Part shown: positions 14,481 through 26,249 of the stretch, piece by piece
Position numbering within the stretch: the stretch's first letter is position 1
Layout of the letters: each line of letters starts with the position of its first letter
DNA from: Eledone cirrhosa
Taxonomy: Eukaryota
Assembly: GCA_964016885.1 (NCBI GenBank)
Contig: OZ024742.1
Coordinates: 239,506,001 to 239,570,000 of the forward strand
Length of the DNA: 64,000 nucleotides
Reading direction: 5' to 3'
Program-made: the position numbers and the translations under genes
Notes under the pieces: generated by a model
Databases searched by the model: none
The model's input: only the letters and a program-made list of their open reading frames with translations
Told to the model about the DNA's origin: nothing

Positions 14481-15078
14481 ATAATAATAAAATTGAAGAC
14501 TAAAATCCAAAGAGGGCTCGATAAGGAAAATATATATCAAATATATAAGAACCGTAGAGCAAATATTTATTAAAATAACAGATTAAAGTTTAAGCAAAGA
14601 ATCGCTGCTTTCACCCTTAACGGGATCTTCTGAAACTAACCAAGTCAATCTGTAAACGCAGAACTGGATATTTCAAAGAACATTGCAACCGGAGGAAGAC
14701 AGGAAGATGATACTTTGGTTCGTGGTAACGTTCGCTGGCAAAGAACGGGAAAAAACGAATAATACGTCATTAATAGGAGCGGTGAAAAACAATTACGCGC
14801 AAAGACAAAACCACGTTTATGGTATAAAAGAGGTCGTAGACTAATGTTCTCTTAGGTGGTGCATAGAGACGTTCTCTGGCAATGAACGAAAAAACGAAGA
14901 TAATAAGTCATATGTGGAGCGTGGAGAACAATAGCACGCAAAGACAAAACCACGTAAATGGTATAGCAGAAATCGTAGACTAAAATTCTAAGTAGGAGAC
15001 CAAATGAATCTCTGCTACAGAGTTAAGAACAAAGTAAATAAATACAAAAAACTTTAATCTGTTATTTTAATAAATATA
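14476..15078 (-). mobile_element. Non-coding Penelope pLTR-like element with hammerhead-like variant and inverted tip
   Basis: 15053-15078 is an inverted copy of ~14563-14588. Second rearranged copy at 47825-47935. ~140-bp internal imperfect tandem. Flanked by (TA)n. Confidence 0.55.
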
Positions 15079-15167
15079 TATATATTTATATATATATATA
15101 TATATAATGAAATGATGATGAAATGATGATATATATATATATAACATATATATATATATATATATAT

Positions 15168-15741
15168 AGCTGTATAACAAAGTGCAGGGCAATAAAGATA
15201 GACGGTAGCCACGGAATAGGCAGACCTAGAAAAACCTGGGACGAGCTGATAAACTCCGACCTCACACACTTACACCTCTCCAAGGCAATGTCACTGGACC
15301 GAGACCTTTGGCGGTACTCAGTAATAGAGAAGACCCGCCTTACCTAAATACATAGTAAAACCTACTACAGTCAGTAGGCATCTCTAACAAAATACACCCC
15401 CGTCCTACCACCCCCACCCCATCCACACCACCCCCTTCTATGTAAAGTTATGTTGGTGCCACACCATCCAGGCCGAAACAAATGAGATTGTGTAGGTGTC
15501 ACGACAAAAAAACACACAGTCCACGCTGTAATGTGGTCGTGTAGGCAACACGGTAAAAACCTCCCAGACCCACACTGTAAATGTGGTTGGTGTTAGGAAG
15601 GGCATCCAACTGTAGAAAACCTGCCAGACAGTCCTATGCGAGCAAGACAATCACTCTTGCCTCAAGTGGGAAAACCCCCGTCCAAACCCATGCAAGCGTG
15701 GAACACGGACGTTAAACGTTGATGATGATGATGATGATGAT
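15168..15741 (+). mobile_element. RTE family B 3' end
   Basis: CITKCRAIKIDGSHGIGRPRKTW, 3' UTR and (GAT)n; near-identical to 8505-9085 inverted. Confidence 0.92.
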
Positions 15742-15749
15742 ATATATGA

Positions 15750-17980
15750 AAACAGGGAGAAAGAGATGATTATTAGGAAGAAAAATTTTTTTTTTTCTTT
15801 TTTGTTTCTCTCTCTCTCTTTTCTGGGTTAGAAAATGATTAAAACGAAATGTTTTACTTTGTGTGAAGTGTTAAGGTATTAGTTGATTTATTTATTAATT
15901 AACAATGGCATTTATTTTTCAATTTATATATTTAATTATTGTTTATTACCGGTTTCAGCATTTTTATGCATTGTCAAATGATAGTGAAATGTATTAGTGT
16001 GGTGTCTCACATGTTAAACAGAAGGTGCAGAAAGAATAATGTTATTTACAAACAAGGTTTATGAAGTGAAAAGAAAAAGGAAAAAAAACGGGCATAATGT
16101 AGAGCATAAAAAGTCAATGTGGAAGAAAAAATAATGTTATTTACAAGCAAAGTCATTGAAGTTAAGCAGATCAAAATGTGTTAATATAGCAAGAGTGCTT
16201 AGTTGATCCATGATTCCATGATGGAGGCAAATGGTGGACTGAGGTTTGATATGATTTCCGTTTTTAGAGAGTTAATATGCAGGGGGAAGCAATTCTTGCT
16301 GAATGATATTTAATTTATTTAAGAAAAAGGATTAGGTAGGTTGTGAGGGAGGTAACTCTTGTAAATGTTTGATTGTTTGTTGCAGTTTTAGATTGGTCCG
16401 ATTTTTAGAGCATTAAGTAGGGGTTGAAATTTATTAATGAAATATGTTTCCTTATTGGTACATTGGGTGAAAGTAACGTTGTCTATGAATTTGTAAATGG
16501 GGAAAATTTTAAAGTTTGGATGTTGGTTGTGAGCACAATTGGCGATATGTTCACTAAATGCAATCTTTCTGTATTCCTGTATTTTAATTTGTGATTTATG
16601 GATGGTCATACGTTGACGGAGGCTGTTTTTTGTCTGTCCTATGTAGTGCTCTTGACAATCTGAGCAGGTCAAAACATAGATAAGGTTTTCAGATGCACAT
16701 GTAAAGTTGTGTTTAACTGTGAAACGCTGTCCTTGTTTAAAATGGAATGTTGAACCTTCTATTAGATTTATGCATATGCCACAGTTGGGCCTTCCACATT
16801 TTGTTACTGTAGGGTTCATTATGAGGGTTTGTTGGATTTTGGCTTGTGTGGGGATGTTTTTTATAGATTTGGGTTGTCTTTTGCTCTTTATGATGCTGTG
16901 TGTTTGGGGGATATTGTTCATTCTTGGGTCTCTTTTTAGTAAAGGAATGTTCTGGAGGATGGTGTCGAATGCCTTATTGTTGAGGGGGTTGTGTGTGGAG
17001 ATGTATGGTAGAGTTTTTTGTTGCGGTTCATTCCTGGGTTTGGGGTGTCTGAGTTCCTGGATGTCTAGTTTTAGGGCACGTTGGAATCCATTGGTGATTA
17101 GGGATGGTGGGTAGTTTCTGCTGATAAGTGTGTTTTTTAATTCTTCTAGTCATGTGTAGCATGTGTATTTATCTGAAACTATTGTGCAGATCCTTCTGGC
17201 TAGGTTATAAGGAATTGCCATTTTGGTGTGTCTGGGGTGGCACGAGTTGAATGGAAGGTATAGTTTGGAGTCTGTGGGTTTGTAGTATATGTCTGTTTCT
17301 ATTTTGTTGCTTGTTTTCTTGATGAGGATGTCGAGGAAAGGGAGTTGTTCATGGCTTTATTCCATTGTAAATTGTAAGTTAGTGTTGAATCCATTCAGAA
17401 GGGCTTTAAACTCAGTCTATCTATACTTTCATGCCAGAGGATGAAGCAGTCGTCCAGATATCTCTTCCAGTTCTTCTCTATGTGTTGGTAGAAGTGGTTG
17501 TCATATTTGTCTAGAACTTTGCGGTAGAGAATAGTTTCCAAATATCCCATGAAAAGGTTGGTGTATGAGGGGGCCACTTTCGTGCCCATGGCAGTCCCAG
17601 ATTTCTGTCTGTAGTATTTGGCATTGAATTCGAAGAAATTGTTTTCCAAGATGAATTTGAGGCCCTCCATCACAAATTCTTTAGGGATGCGCTGTGGGAG
17701 TTCACTAGGGAAATTTTCCATCCAGAATTGTATTGCCTCTATACCTAGGTTGTGTGGGATATTGGAATATAAATTAATGACATCAAAGGTTACTAGTAGG
17801 GTATGTTCGTTATTGAGTGTTGTTGGGAGGTGGTTGAGCATGTCAAAGTCGTCCCTTATGAAGCTTTTTATATGTTTTAGGAAAGGTTTAAGCAGAATAT
17901 CTAGGAAGTTGCTTAGGCGGTGGGTTTCACATGTGGTGCCTGCTATTATGGGTCTTAATTTAAGGTCATCAGAAGGGGCT
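15750..17980 (-). mobile_element. Penelope-like retroelement (RT + GIY-YIG), 5'-truncated, decayed
   Basis: RT motifs FDVINLYSNIP, GTAMGTKVAP, RYLDD. GIY-YIG region CGRPNCGIC..NLIYVLTC..HYIGQT..LRQRMTIH. Confidence 0.92.
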
Positions 17981-18005
17981 ATATTGATGTAAACGTATAT
18001 ATATT

Positions 18006-18043
<38 letters not shown>

Positions 18044-18057
18044 TGTGTGTGCGTGTG

Positions 18058-18330
18058 GAGGCACGTGACCTAGTAGGTGTTGGACCTACGATCATAACGC
18101 TATGGGTTCGATTCCCAGGTTGCGTGTTGTGTTCTTGAGAAAAACACTTCATTTCATGTTGCACCAGTGTACTCAGCTGAAAATTAGTACCAGCAATAGC
18201 TGGAGGTTTAAACCTGCGGTGGACTGGCGTCCTGTCCAGGGGGAGTCTTGTACTCTCAGTTGTTTCACGCAATAAAACCGGGGTAGGCACCAGCTAAATG
18301 AGCCTTCTGGCTTAAGACAGACTTTTAGAC
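18058..18330 (+). mobile_element. tRNA SINE with CORE-like and V-like blocks (family C)
   Basis: GGTTCGATTCC B-box, CORE-like block, cctgcggtggactggcgtcctgtccagggg. Related minus copies at ~29665-29955 and ~62860-63085. Confidence 0.75.
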
Positions 18331-18403
18331 TTTTTTTTATATATATATATTAAATATTAAATTTAAGCGAAAAAGACTCTATTTATGGGAAAAAATTAAG
18401 TTT

Positions 18404-18500
18404 CTTCCGACCATGGTTTCATACATGGAAAAAACAACAGGTTATTACAAATTATTGGAATAACCAATATTGGAAACATCCATGATACTCTTCAGAGGAG
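18404..18500 (-). ncRNA. Type I hammerhead ribozyme motif with long stem II insert
   Basis: ctcct-CTGAAGA-gtatcatgga..(insert)..tccatgtat-GAAAC-catg-GTC-ggaag; palindromic stem III ACCATGGT. Confidence 0.65.
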
Positions 18501-19198
18501 TTATTCTTCAAACTAAGAGGCTATATTGATAATGAAATTATACATACCACTTCATTATTGAGACAAAATGCTGTCCAAAAACATGTGTTATTGAACTATT
18601 AAATGATCAAATCTCTCTTAATATATAGACAAGAGACCATGTCTAGTTTACACATTCCGCTTTTATTTTGGCATGACTTCCCCGGTCAGATGTCTTTCCA
18701 AACCCTAACCAAGCATTTTATCATAGTATTAGGTGAGATATGTCTGGCTTTCCATTTTCCATTGAGGGCATCCATCTTTGTATGTTGACATGTGTGAAGG
18801 GGTTGAAAGTTGAGGCTGCTTTTCCATGCTGGAAGGAGTTGGACAAGCAAGTGGGGTGGGGAACTTTCTTTCCCTGCTGGCATGAGTTGTTGGATGTGTA
18901 AGGTGGGGTGGGGAATTGAGGAAATGAGTGGGGTGAACTAAAGTGGGTTATTTAGATAATGAGGTAAGGCTTAAAAGAACAAACCATTGATATGGTATGA
19001 ACAATTGGAATTAGTTTATTGTCTTGTAATTTGTATACGGTTGTATTAATAACATTTTCTTAATTTTGTAGGAATTGAAGGGGATTCCCTTACTGTTTAC
19101 ATTAGCTTTGAAGAAACAAAAGCTCAAGCTAAGAGTGTGAATTGAATGGGGTGAAGAATACAGGAGTACATTATTGTATGGAAAATACAAGAAATAGC

Positions 19199-19294
19199 AA
19201 GAATATAATTAATTTCCAATTTATTTAATCAAGAATATAATTAATTTCCAATTTATTTAATCAAGAATATAATTAATTTCCAATTTATTTAATC
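19199..19294. repeat. Three exact copies of a 32-bp unit
   Basis: aagaatataattaatttccaatttatttaatc x3. Confidence 0.95.
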
Positions 19295-20439
19295 AACTTT
19301 AAGAAGTTTGTATTTCTAAATATAATTAAACAAGAGTTTAAAATAACACAGCAATGAGTACAAAAGTTATACAGTAAAAATGAACAAATAATTAATGAAG
19401 GAGTTGTTGAAAGAAATGCTCCATGAGGGGAATGTAAGCCATTTCTTCAGAGCTGCATATAGGTTGAGTGAAAATGGGGTTGTAGAGAGACACCATGGCT
19501 GTGAGGGGACATAACTTTCCAATTAAGGCAGTGTTTTGATACAATATGTAACCCCAGATAAGAGCAATGTTTAGGCACATCTACACAATTGCAGTAGCTC
19601 TCCTAGAATTCTCAAGTGGCAACTCTGCAGAGCCACCTTGTCTCTTTGCACCTTAACTTCTTCCATCGCTTCTGTCAGTTTTGCAGTCCACCCAAACATC
19701 CTTAGCTGCCCTATGACCTCTGTTGCTAACACCACCATCTTGTCATATAAAATGCTGTATAGGAAGTAGTGGCCCCTTTCATCTTGATCACCTTTCTCAA
19801 CATAGCCTTGTGAACCATCACCATGATCTTTTGTGTTGAGTTTAGCCAAATCCCAGTTAAGGAGTATATCAAAGAGTATGTCTGGCTCTTATATCTCACC
19901 AGATATATATATATAGCTTGTAGATGGAAAATGTAAAATTTCTTACCTTGCCAATCCTGTCTTAAACTTAATTGTAATCTAGTGGCAATATCAACGAATG
20001 TTACCCACCCAAACTCTGGTAAAAAAGTTCTTGGATTTCTTAAGGGCTTATCAAAATATGTTAATTTGCTACGATAGTCAACCAAGAAAAAGACCTTGTG
20101 CTAGTCCCCTTCTGTTTGCCTAACAACACTTCTCCTGGCACTTCTGGCATTCCATCCATAACACTATAAATTGTTACAGAAATCATGTGAAGACTTCTAC
20201 AGAATTTGTTCTTAGTCATATCCTGTTATCAAAAGAAAACTAATTTTGAGGTATCGTAGAAATTTCTCATGACATGGTCTGTGGATATTTTTTTCAAAAG
20301 TATTAGAAACATACTAAATAAAGCTTTGACAAGAAGGGTGAGGAATTAGAAACTTATAACATAGAGGACAATTGAACACACCTATGAGACAACCTACTGA
20401 GGGTCACATTTGTAGAAAGTGCAAAGTACCAGCCAGATG

Positions 20440-20780
20440 AAATGTAGTGAAACAGCACTGTAGATAGAACCATAAAGCTTAAGAAACCTAAGCGACAAGG
20501 TTTGAAGGTCTGGAAAGCAAGGAACAATTCCAAGCACCTTGAAGAGAAGCTGGACACCAAGTTTCTATTGGAGAGCCTGTAAGTAAAAGGTTTGCCAATA
20601 TTCTATGATGTGAGGATCAAAGATTACAAGATAGTATACAAGAGTGTACAGAATGACAGTATGATGGTCTATCCCAAGTAGACACAACTGAAAGACCAGC
20701 CATCAAAGTTGACAGGAGGATAATAGATGAGGCAATTAAGAATATGAAGGTAGGAAAGTTCTCGGCAGAGCTGCCTGCTA
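20440..20780 (+). mobile_element. Old, highly decayed RTE-A-like fragment
   Basis: Resembles 10080-10560 (aacagcactgtagataga, gaggcaattaagaatatgaag). Confidence 0.5.
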
Positions 20781-20799
20781 GAGAATGGGTCACAGGTGG

Positions 20800-23700
20800 C
20801 GGATAGTGATACAGCCACCAGATATGATGGTTAGTTGCCATACAAGCGGGTAACTGCTGGACAAATAAGCAGCCCTAGACCAACAGTGATAAATTACTAG
20901 GGGGGATGGAGCAATGGGTGACACCTGTAACTCCCAAGAAAATTCTCACAACCCAATCACATAGCTATGATGAGGTAAGTAAAGGTCACCTCTAAATAAG
21001 ACTAGTCTCTGTGGGTTTGAATGGTGTGAATAAGACCACAGAAATTGTTGAAACTGCAATATGATGAGGAAAACAAAGAAAAACCATACTGCACCGTCCT
21101 CCGCATGGGTTAAAAAGGGATGCGTCCAGTCCTTAGATAGAGGGTCCTGTTCAAAAAATATATTGCAGTCTCCATTTCATGCCACAAAAACTGGTGATGG
21201 GCCTGCGATCTGTCCAAGGAGGTGTGGGATGGACACACAAAGGTTTCAATGTGGGTCCAGAAGGGAGCAAACCTTGAGAGTTGGAACATGGAACATCACA
21301 ACTCTTACAAGTAAGGAGCAGGAGCTAGTGGAGGAGGCTAAATGCTACCAGCTAGATATAGTTGGGGTTTCCTCAACAAAGTTCCATGGCTATGATACTG
21401 TAGATTTGGATGGAGGATGAAAACTCCACTATTCAGGTGTGGCACCAGAAATAACTGCACAGGCGGGAGTGGGGATACTCACAAGCCCCTGGCTGTCAGA
21501 ATGTGTTATGGACTGGACATCATTAGAAGGGAAGATTTGCCGCTTGAAGCTTAGGCTGAGAGTGGTCTTTGTGGGTGGTGCAAGTTTATGCACCAAACAA
21601 GGAATCCGAATGCAGGTCCTTCCTTGATGAAGTCACTGATGGGAGATTACAATGCACATGTTGGCACTAACCCCCTGACATGGTAAGGCTCTACTAGACG
21701 TCTGTTTTAGCAATGGAATTTCTATTATGAACACTTTCTTCCAGCACAATGGCATCCATAGATATACATGGTATAAGGGGAATCAGGGACAGAGATCAAT
21801 AATTGATTTTGTTATTGTCTCTGATCTCTTTGATTCTGAAAGAGGGGCTGAGCTATCAACTGATCACCATCTAGTTATCTGCAACTTTAAACTACAGAAA
21901 GCCAAAGAAGACCATAAAACTGCCAGATCCAGGGCAGCCTACAAGATAAAGTGGGAAGAATTGGTGGATAAGGAAGTCAGGACCAGGTATGCAAATACTA
22001 TTGAATCTAAATCCAGAGAACTCCCTGAGCAAACTGAAGACGTTGAGACAAAATGGAGATTGTTCAGCACAGCAGTTTCTGCTTCAGCTGTTAAATGCCG
22101 TGGGCAAAAGAGGCTTGGTGTGGTGCCGGATGGCAGGGAGATACCTTGGTTCAATCAAAAGGTCAAAGATGCCATCTGAGCAAAGGAGGAGGCTTACAAA
22201 GCTTGACTTGAAAATAAGTCCTCCTTCTTGCACTTGCAGAAAAAGCAGGCATGAAAAATTGCAACAGAGACAGTAAAAGCGTCCAACTTAAGACATGGGA
22301 GGACTTTGGGATTAAGCTGGAATCCGACTTCAGATAAGCAGAGAAAGTGTTCTGGCAAACCATCTGCCGACTTTGTAATAAGAAGCCTTCCTGAGATGTG
22401 CATCCTCATAAGGTGGAGAGAATACTTTGCTAAACACCTAAACCCGATCACAAGAGCATCTTCAGATATACACGAGGTGCATCTGGGAGCTGTGACTAAT
22501 CTCTCAGAGGTTGAGGTTACAAGAGCAGTTAAAGAGCTCAAATGTGGCAAAGATGAAATCTGTGGGGAATATGAAATCTGGCCCAAGATGTTAAAAGCTT
22601 TAAATAGAGAAGGTATTCTCTGGCTGACTCATGTGTGCCAGGTGGCCTGAATCAATGGCAATTGGGAATGATAATCCCAATTTTCAAAAATGGATTCAAG
22701 AGAGATTGTTTGAATTACAGAGGGATGTTGTTAACCCTCCCTGGTAAAGTCTATGTTAAGTGTCTGGCAAAGAGATGCAGGGAGATTGTGGAGTCTAAGC
22801 TAGTTGATGAACAGTGTGGGTTTCAGCACAGCCGACCAAATATTCACATTGTGGCAGGTATTTGAGAAATTCATGTTTTGTTGACCTTGAGAAGGCACAT
22901 GACTGCATTTCTCAGTACCTGCTGTGGAAGGCAGTGCAGGAGTATGGGAATGATGGTCTGCTTCTTGCTGCCCTGATGTCTCTGTACGAATGGCTGAGTA
23001 TTTGTGTTCGGGTAAATGGTGCTAAATTGAAACCATTCAATGTGGGAGTTGGACTCTGCCAAGGGTGCGTACTGTTATCTCTCCTGTTCATTATTTACAT
23101 GAACAGGATTGACATGCACAGCCGGGTTGGAAATGGTGTCATGACTGACGAGTATAAAATCAGTCAGCTGGAATTTGCAGATGAGATGGTGTTACTTAAC
23201 TTGACAGATGATCTTCAACTTGCACTTGATAGTGCTGCATGGCTGGAATGAAAACCAGTGCTGCAAAGCACTCTACATATGAATGGAATTCCACTGAAGC
23301 AGATAGAGAAGTTCAAGTATCTTGGGCTGTGTTCACAAGTGATGAAAGGTAGAAGGCTAAATTACGTGCAAGAATTGTAAAAGCTGGTGCAGTAATGTGC
23401 CAGCTTCAGCATTCAGTATCAGAAGAAGGGAGGTAGGTGTAAAAGCCAAACTTGCTATCTTCAATTCAGTATTGTGCCAACTCTTACCTATGGTCATGAA
23501 TCTTGGGTAATGACTGAAAGAATACAATCGCGAATACAAGTGGCTGAAATGGGGTTCATCTGAAGGGTTTTTGGAGTAATGTTACTCGATAAAGTGCGAA
23601 ACTTGGAGATCAAAGAGTCACTCCAGGTAGAGCCGCTACTTCTCCATATTGAGAGATCACAGCTCCGATACTATGGACATATGGTTAGAATGTCTCAGGA

Positions 23701-23900
23701 AAGAATTGCTGGATAGATTTTATGGGCAAAACCAACCAGCAAGAGACCCGGAGGTATACCCCGAGCAAGATTGTTGGATAACATCCATAAGCTTCGCTGG
23801 TCTTGCTTGAGGATCCAGCCAGATCAGTTGGAGACGGTTGCTTCTACAGGACCCGCTGGATGGAATGTTTTCTCAAGAATAAATGGACGAAGAAGAAGAA
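20800..23900 (+). mobile_element. RTE-clade LINE family C (Expander/Rex3-like), near full-length, decayed
   Basis: LRVGTWNITTL, RSIIDFVIVS, LSTDHHLV, NYRG, FVDLEKA, GLCQGCVL, FADE; ends (GAA)n. Confidence 0.88.
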
Positions 23901-24184
23901 TGTAGAGGAGGCAGCTGGCTCATCAGATGCTGAGATGATTAAACTATCTGGCGGAGTAGGATAGGATAGTCATTCTCACAGTTATAATAGTTGCAATGGT
24001 CTTATAAGTTTATAATAAATTTCATTTACACATATAAATCATCAATTTCAACATCACTGTCTTATGTCCATTTATACATGTTGTTGTAGTGTTGGTTACA
24101 CACTCTGTATTCATACAGGATATAACATCATATTATAGTTCCTTGACAAGCACACTTCTTATTATAAATTAATTAATTGACATA

Positions 24185-24390
24185 GGTGAATTGGCAGTAT
24201 CAGTAAAGCACTGGACTATATGCTTCATGGCATAGAGTTATAGAGTTATGGTCCTTTATGTTCTGATTTCAAATCCCGCCGAGGTTAGCTTTGCCTTTCA
24301 TCTGTACGGGGTCGATAAAAAAAAATACCAGTAATGCACTGGGGTTGATTTCATCTATTTTCCCTGCTCCTACAAATTGCCGGCCTTAAA
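24185..24390 (+). mobile_element. SINE family A
   Basis: ttggcagtatc..tcaaatcccgccgaggttagctttgcctttcatc..ggggtcgataaaa. Confidence 0.8.
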
Positions 24391-24399
24391 TATAAAGAG

Positions 24400-24852
24400 C
24401 GCTGTCACATGCCTTTTCAAGGTCTACAAAACAAGAATATACCTCTTGGCAATACTTCAAGGATTTGTTGAAGACCTGCCGCAGTGTGAATATTTGGTCA
24501 GCTGTGCTGTGTCAGGGGCGAAAACTGCACTGCTCATCATATAGCTTGGACTTGAAAATCTCCTTACAACACTTTGCCAAACACTTAGCATAGTCTTTAC
24601 TGAAGAGGCTTAACAAGGAGATCCCTCGGTAATTGGCACAATCTTTCTTGTCTCCCTTTTTGAAAAGTGGGATTATCACTCCCAATTGCCATTGCTTAGG
24701 TGCCCTTCCAGGGATCCAGACCACTCAGCATACATGAATCAGCCCGAAAATATCTTCTCTATTTCAGGCTTTTAACATCCCGTGTGCGATTTCATCTTCC
24801 CCAGCGGCCTTGCCACATTTGAGCTCTTTAACTACTCTAGTGAGCTCAGCCT
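24400..24852 (-). mobile_element. RTE family C internal RT fragment
   Basis: QWQLGVIIPLFKKGDKKDCANYRGISLL; homologous to 22500-22900. Confidence 0.85.
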
Positions 24853-26245
24853 CAGGGTTAGGGTTAGGGTTGGGTTAGGGTTAAGGTTGGGTTAGGCTTA
24901 GGCTTAAGGTAAGATTTAGTGTTAGGGTTAGATTTAGGGTTAGGGTTGGGGTTTGGGTTGGGGTTAGGGATAAAGTTAGGGTTGCGGTTAGGGTAAGATT
25001 TACTGTTAGGGTTGTGTTTAGGGTTAGGGTCGGATTTGGGGTTGAGGTTAGGGTTGGGGTTAGGATTAGTGTTAAAGTTAAAGTTAGGGTAAGGGTTAGG
25101 GGAAGAGTATGGGTTGGGGTTAGGGTTGGGTTAAGGTTAGGGTAAGTGATAGGGTGTCAATCAGGGTTAGGGTTGGGGTTAGATTTGGGGTTGGATTTGG
25201 GGTCAGAGTTGCGGATGGTGTTAGGATAAGGGTTAGGGTTGGGGATGGGCTTGATGTTAGGTTTAGTGTTTGAGGTTGGTGTTTGGGTTAGAGTTAGGGT
25301 AAGGTTTAGGTTTCGTGTTAGGATTAGGGTTAGGGTTGAGGTGGATGTTAGGGTTGATGTTGGGTTTTGTGTTAGAGTTGCTATTGGTATTAGGGTTAGG
25401 GTTAGGTGTAGGTTCTTGCTTAGGGTAAGTGTTAACTTTAGTTTTTAGGGTTAGGGTTATGTTTAGGGTTAGGGTTCGGGCTAGGGCTAGTTTTAGAGTT
25501 AGGGATAGGGTTAGTGTTAGTTATAGGGTTAGGGTTACGGCTAGGGATATAGTTAGAGTTAGGGTTATGGGTAGGGTTAGTGTTAGAGTTAGGGTTAGGG
25601 TTGAGGTTAAGGTTAGTGTTAGGACTAGGGTTAAGGTAAGGGTCATGGTTAGGTATAGAGTTCAGTTAGGGTTAGGGTTAGTGTTAGGGTAGTGTTGGGA
25701 TTGGGGTTGATATTAGGGTAAGGTTTGGGGTTAGGCTTAATGTTATGGTTAAAGTAAAAGTTAGGGTAAGTGTTAGGGTTAAGGTAAGGGTTGGGGTTAG
25801 TGTTAGGTTAAGGTTAGGTAAATGATAGGGTTACAATTAGGGTTAGGGTTAGTGTTAGGGTTAGTGTTAGAGTCAGGATCAGCGTCAGGGTCAGGATCAG
25901 GATCAGGGTCAGGGTTAGGGTTGGGATTGGGGTTGAGATTAGGGTTAGGTTTGGGGTTAGGTTTAGTGTTATGGTTAGAGTAAAAGTTAGGGTAAGGGTT
26001 AGGGTTAGGATAAGGGTTAGAGTTAGTGTTGGGTTAAGGTTAGGGTAAGTGATAGAGTTAGGGCTGGGTTTGGGGTTAGAATTGTGATTGGTGTTATGGT
26101 AAGGGTTAGGGTTATGGTTAAAGTTGGGGTTAAGGTTGAGGTTGGGTTTGTTGTTAGGTTTAGTGCTGAGGTTGGTGTTGGGCTAAGGGTTAGGGTTGTG
26201 GTTAGGGTTAAAATTAGGGTTGGGATGAAGGTTGGGGTTAAAGTT
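24853..26245 (+). repeat. Interstitial degenerate (TTAGGG)n telomere-like array
   Basis: ~230 hexamers of TTAGGG and variants (TTGGGG, TAAGGG, TTAGTG, TCAGGA); 226-bp higher-order duplication. Confidence 0.93.
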
Positions 26246-26249
26246 AATA

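Noticed and set aside
19199-19294. CRISPR-like 32-bp repeats
   Set aside because: Contiguous with no spacers; eukaryotic context
19392-19849. Short minus-strand ORFs as a gene or LINE end
   Set aside because: No motif recognised with confidence
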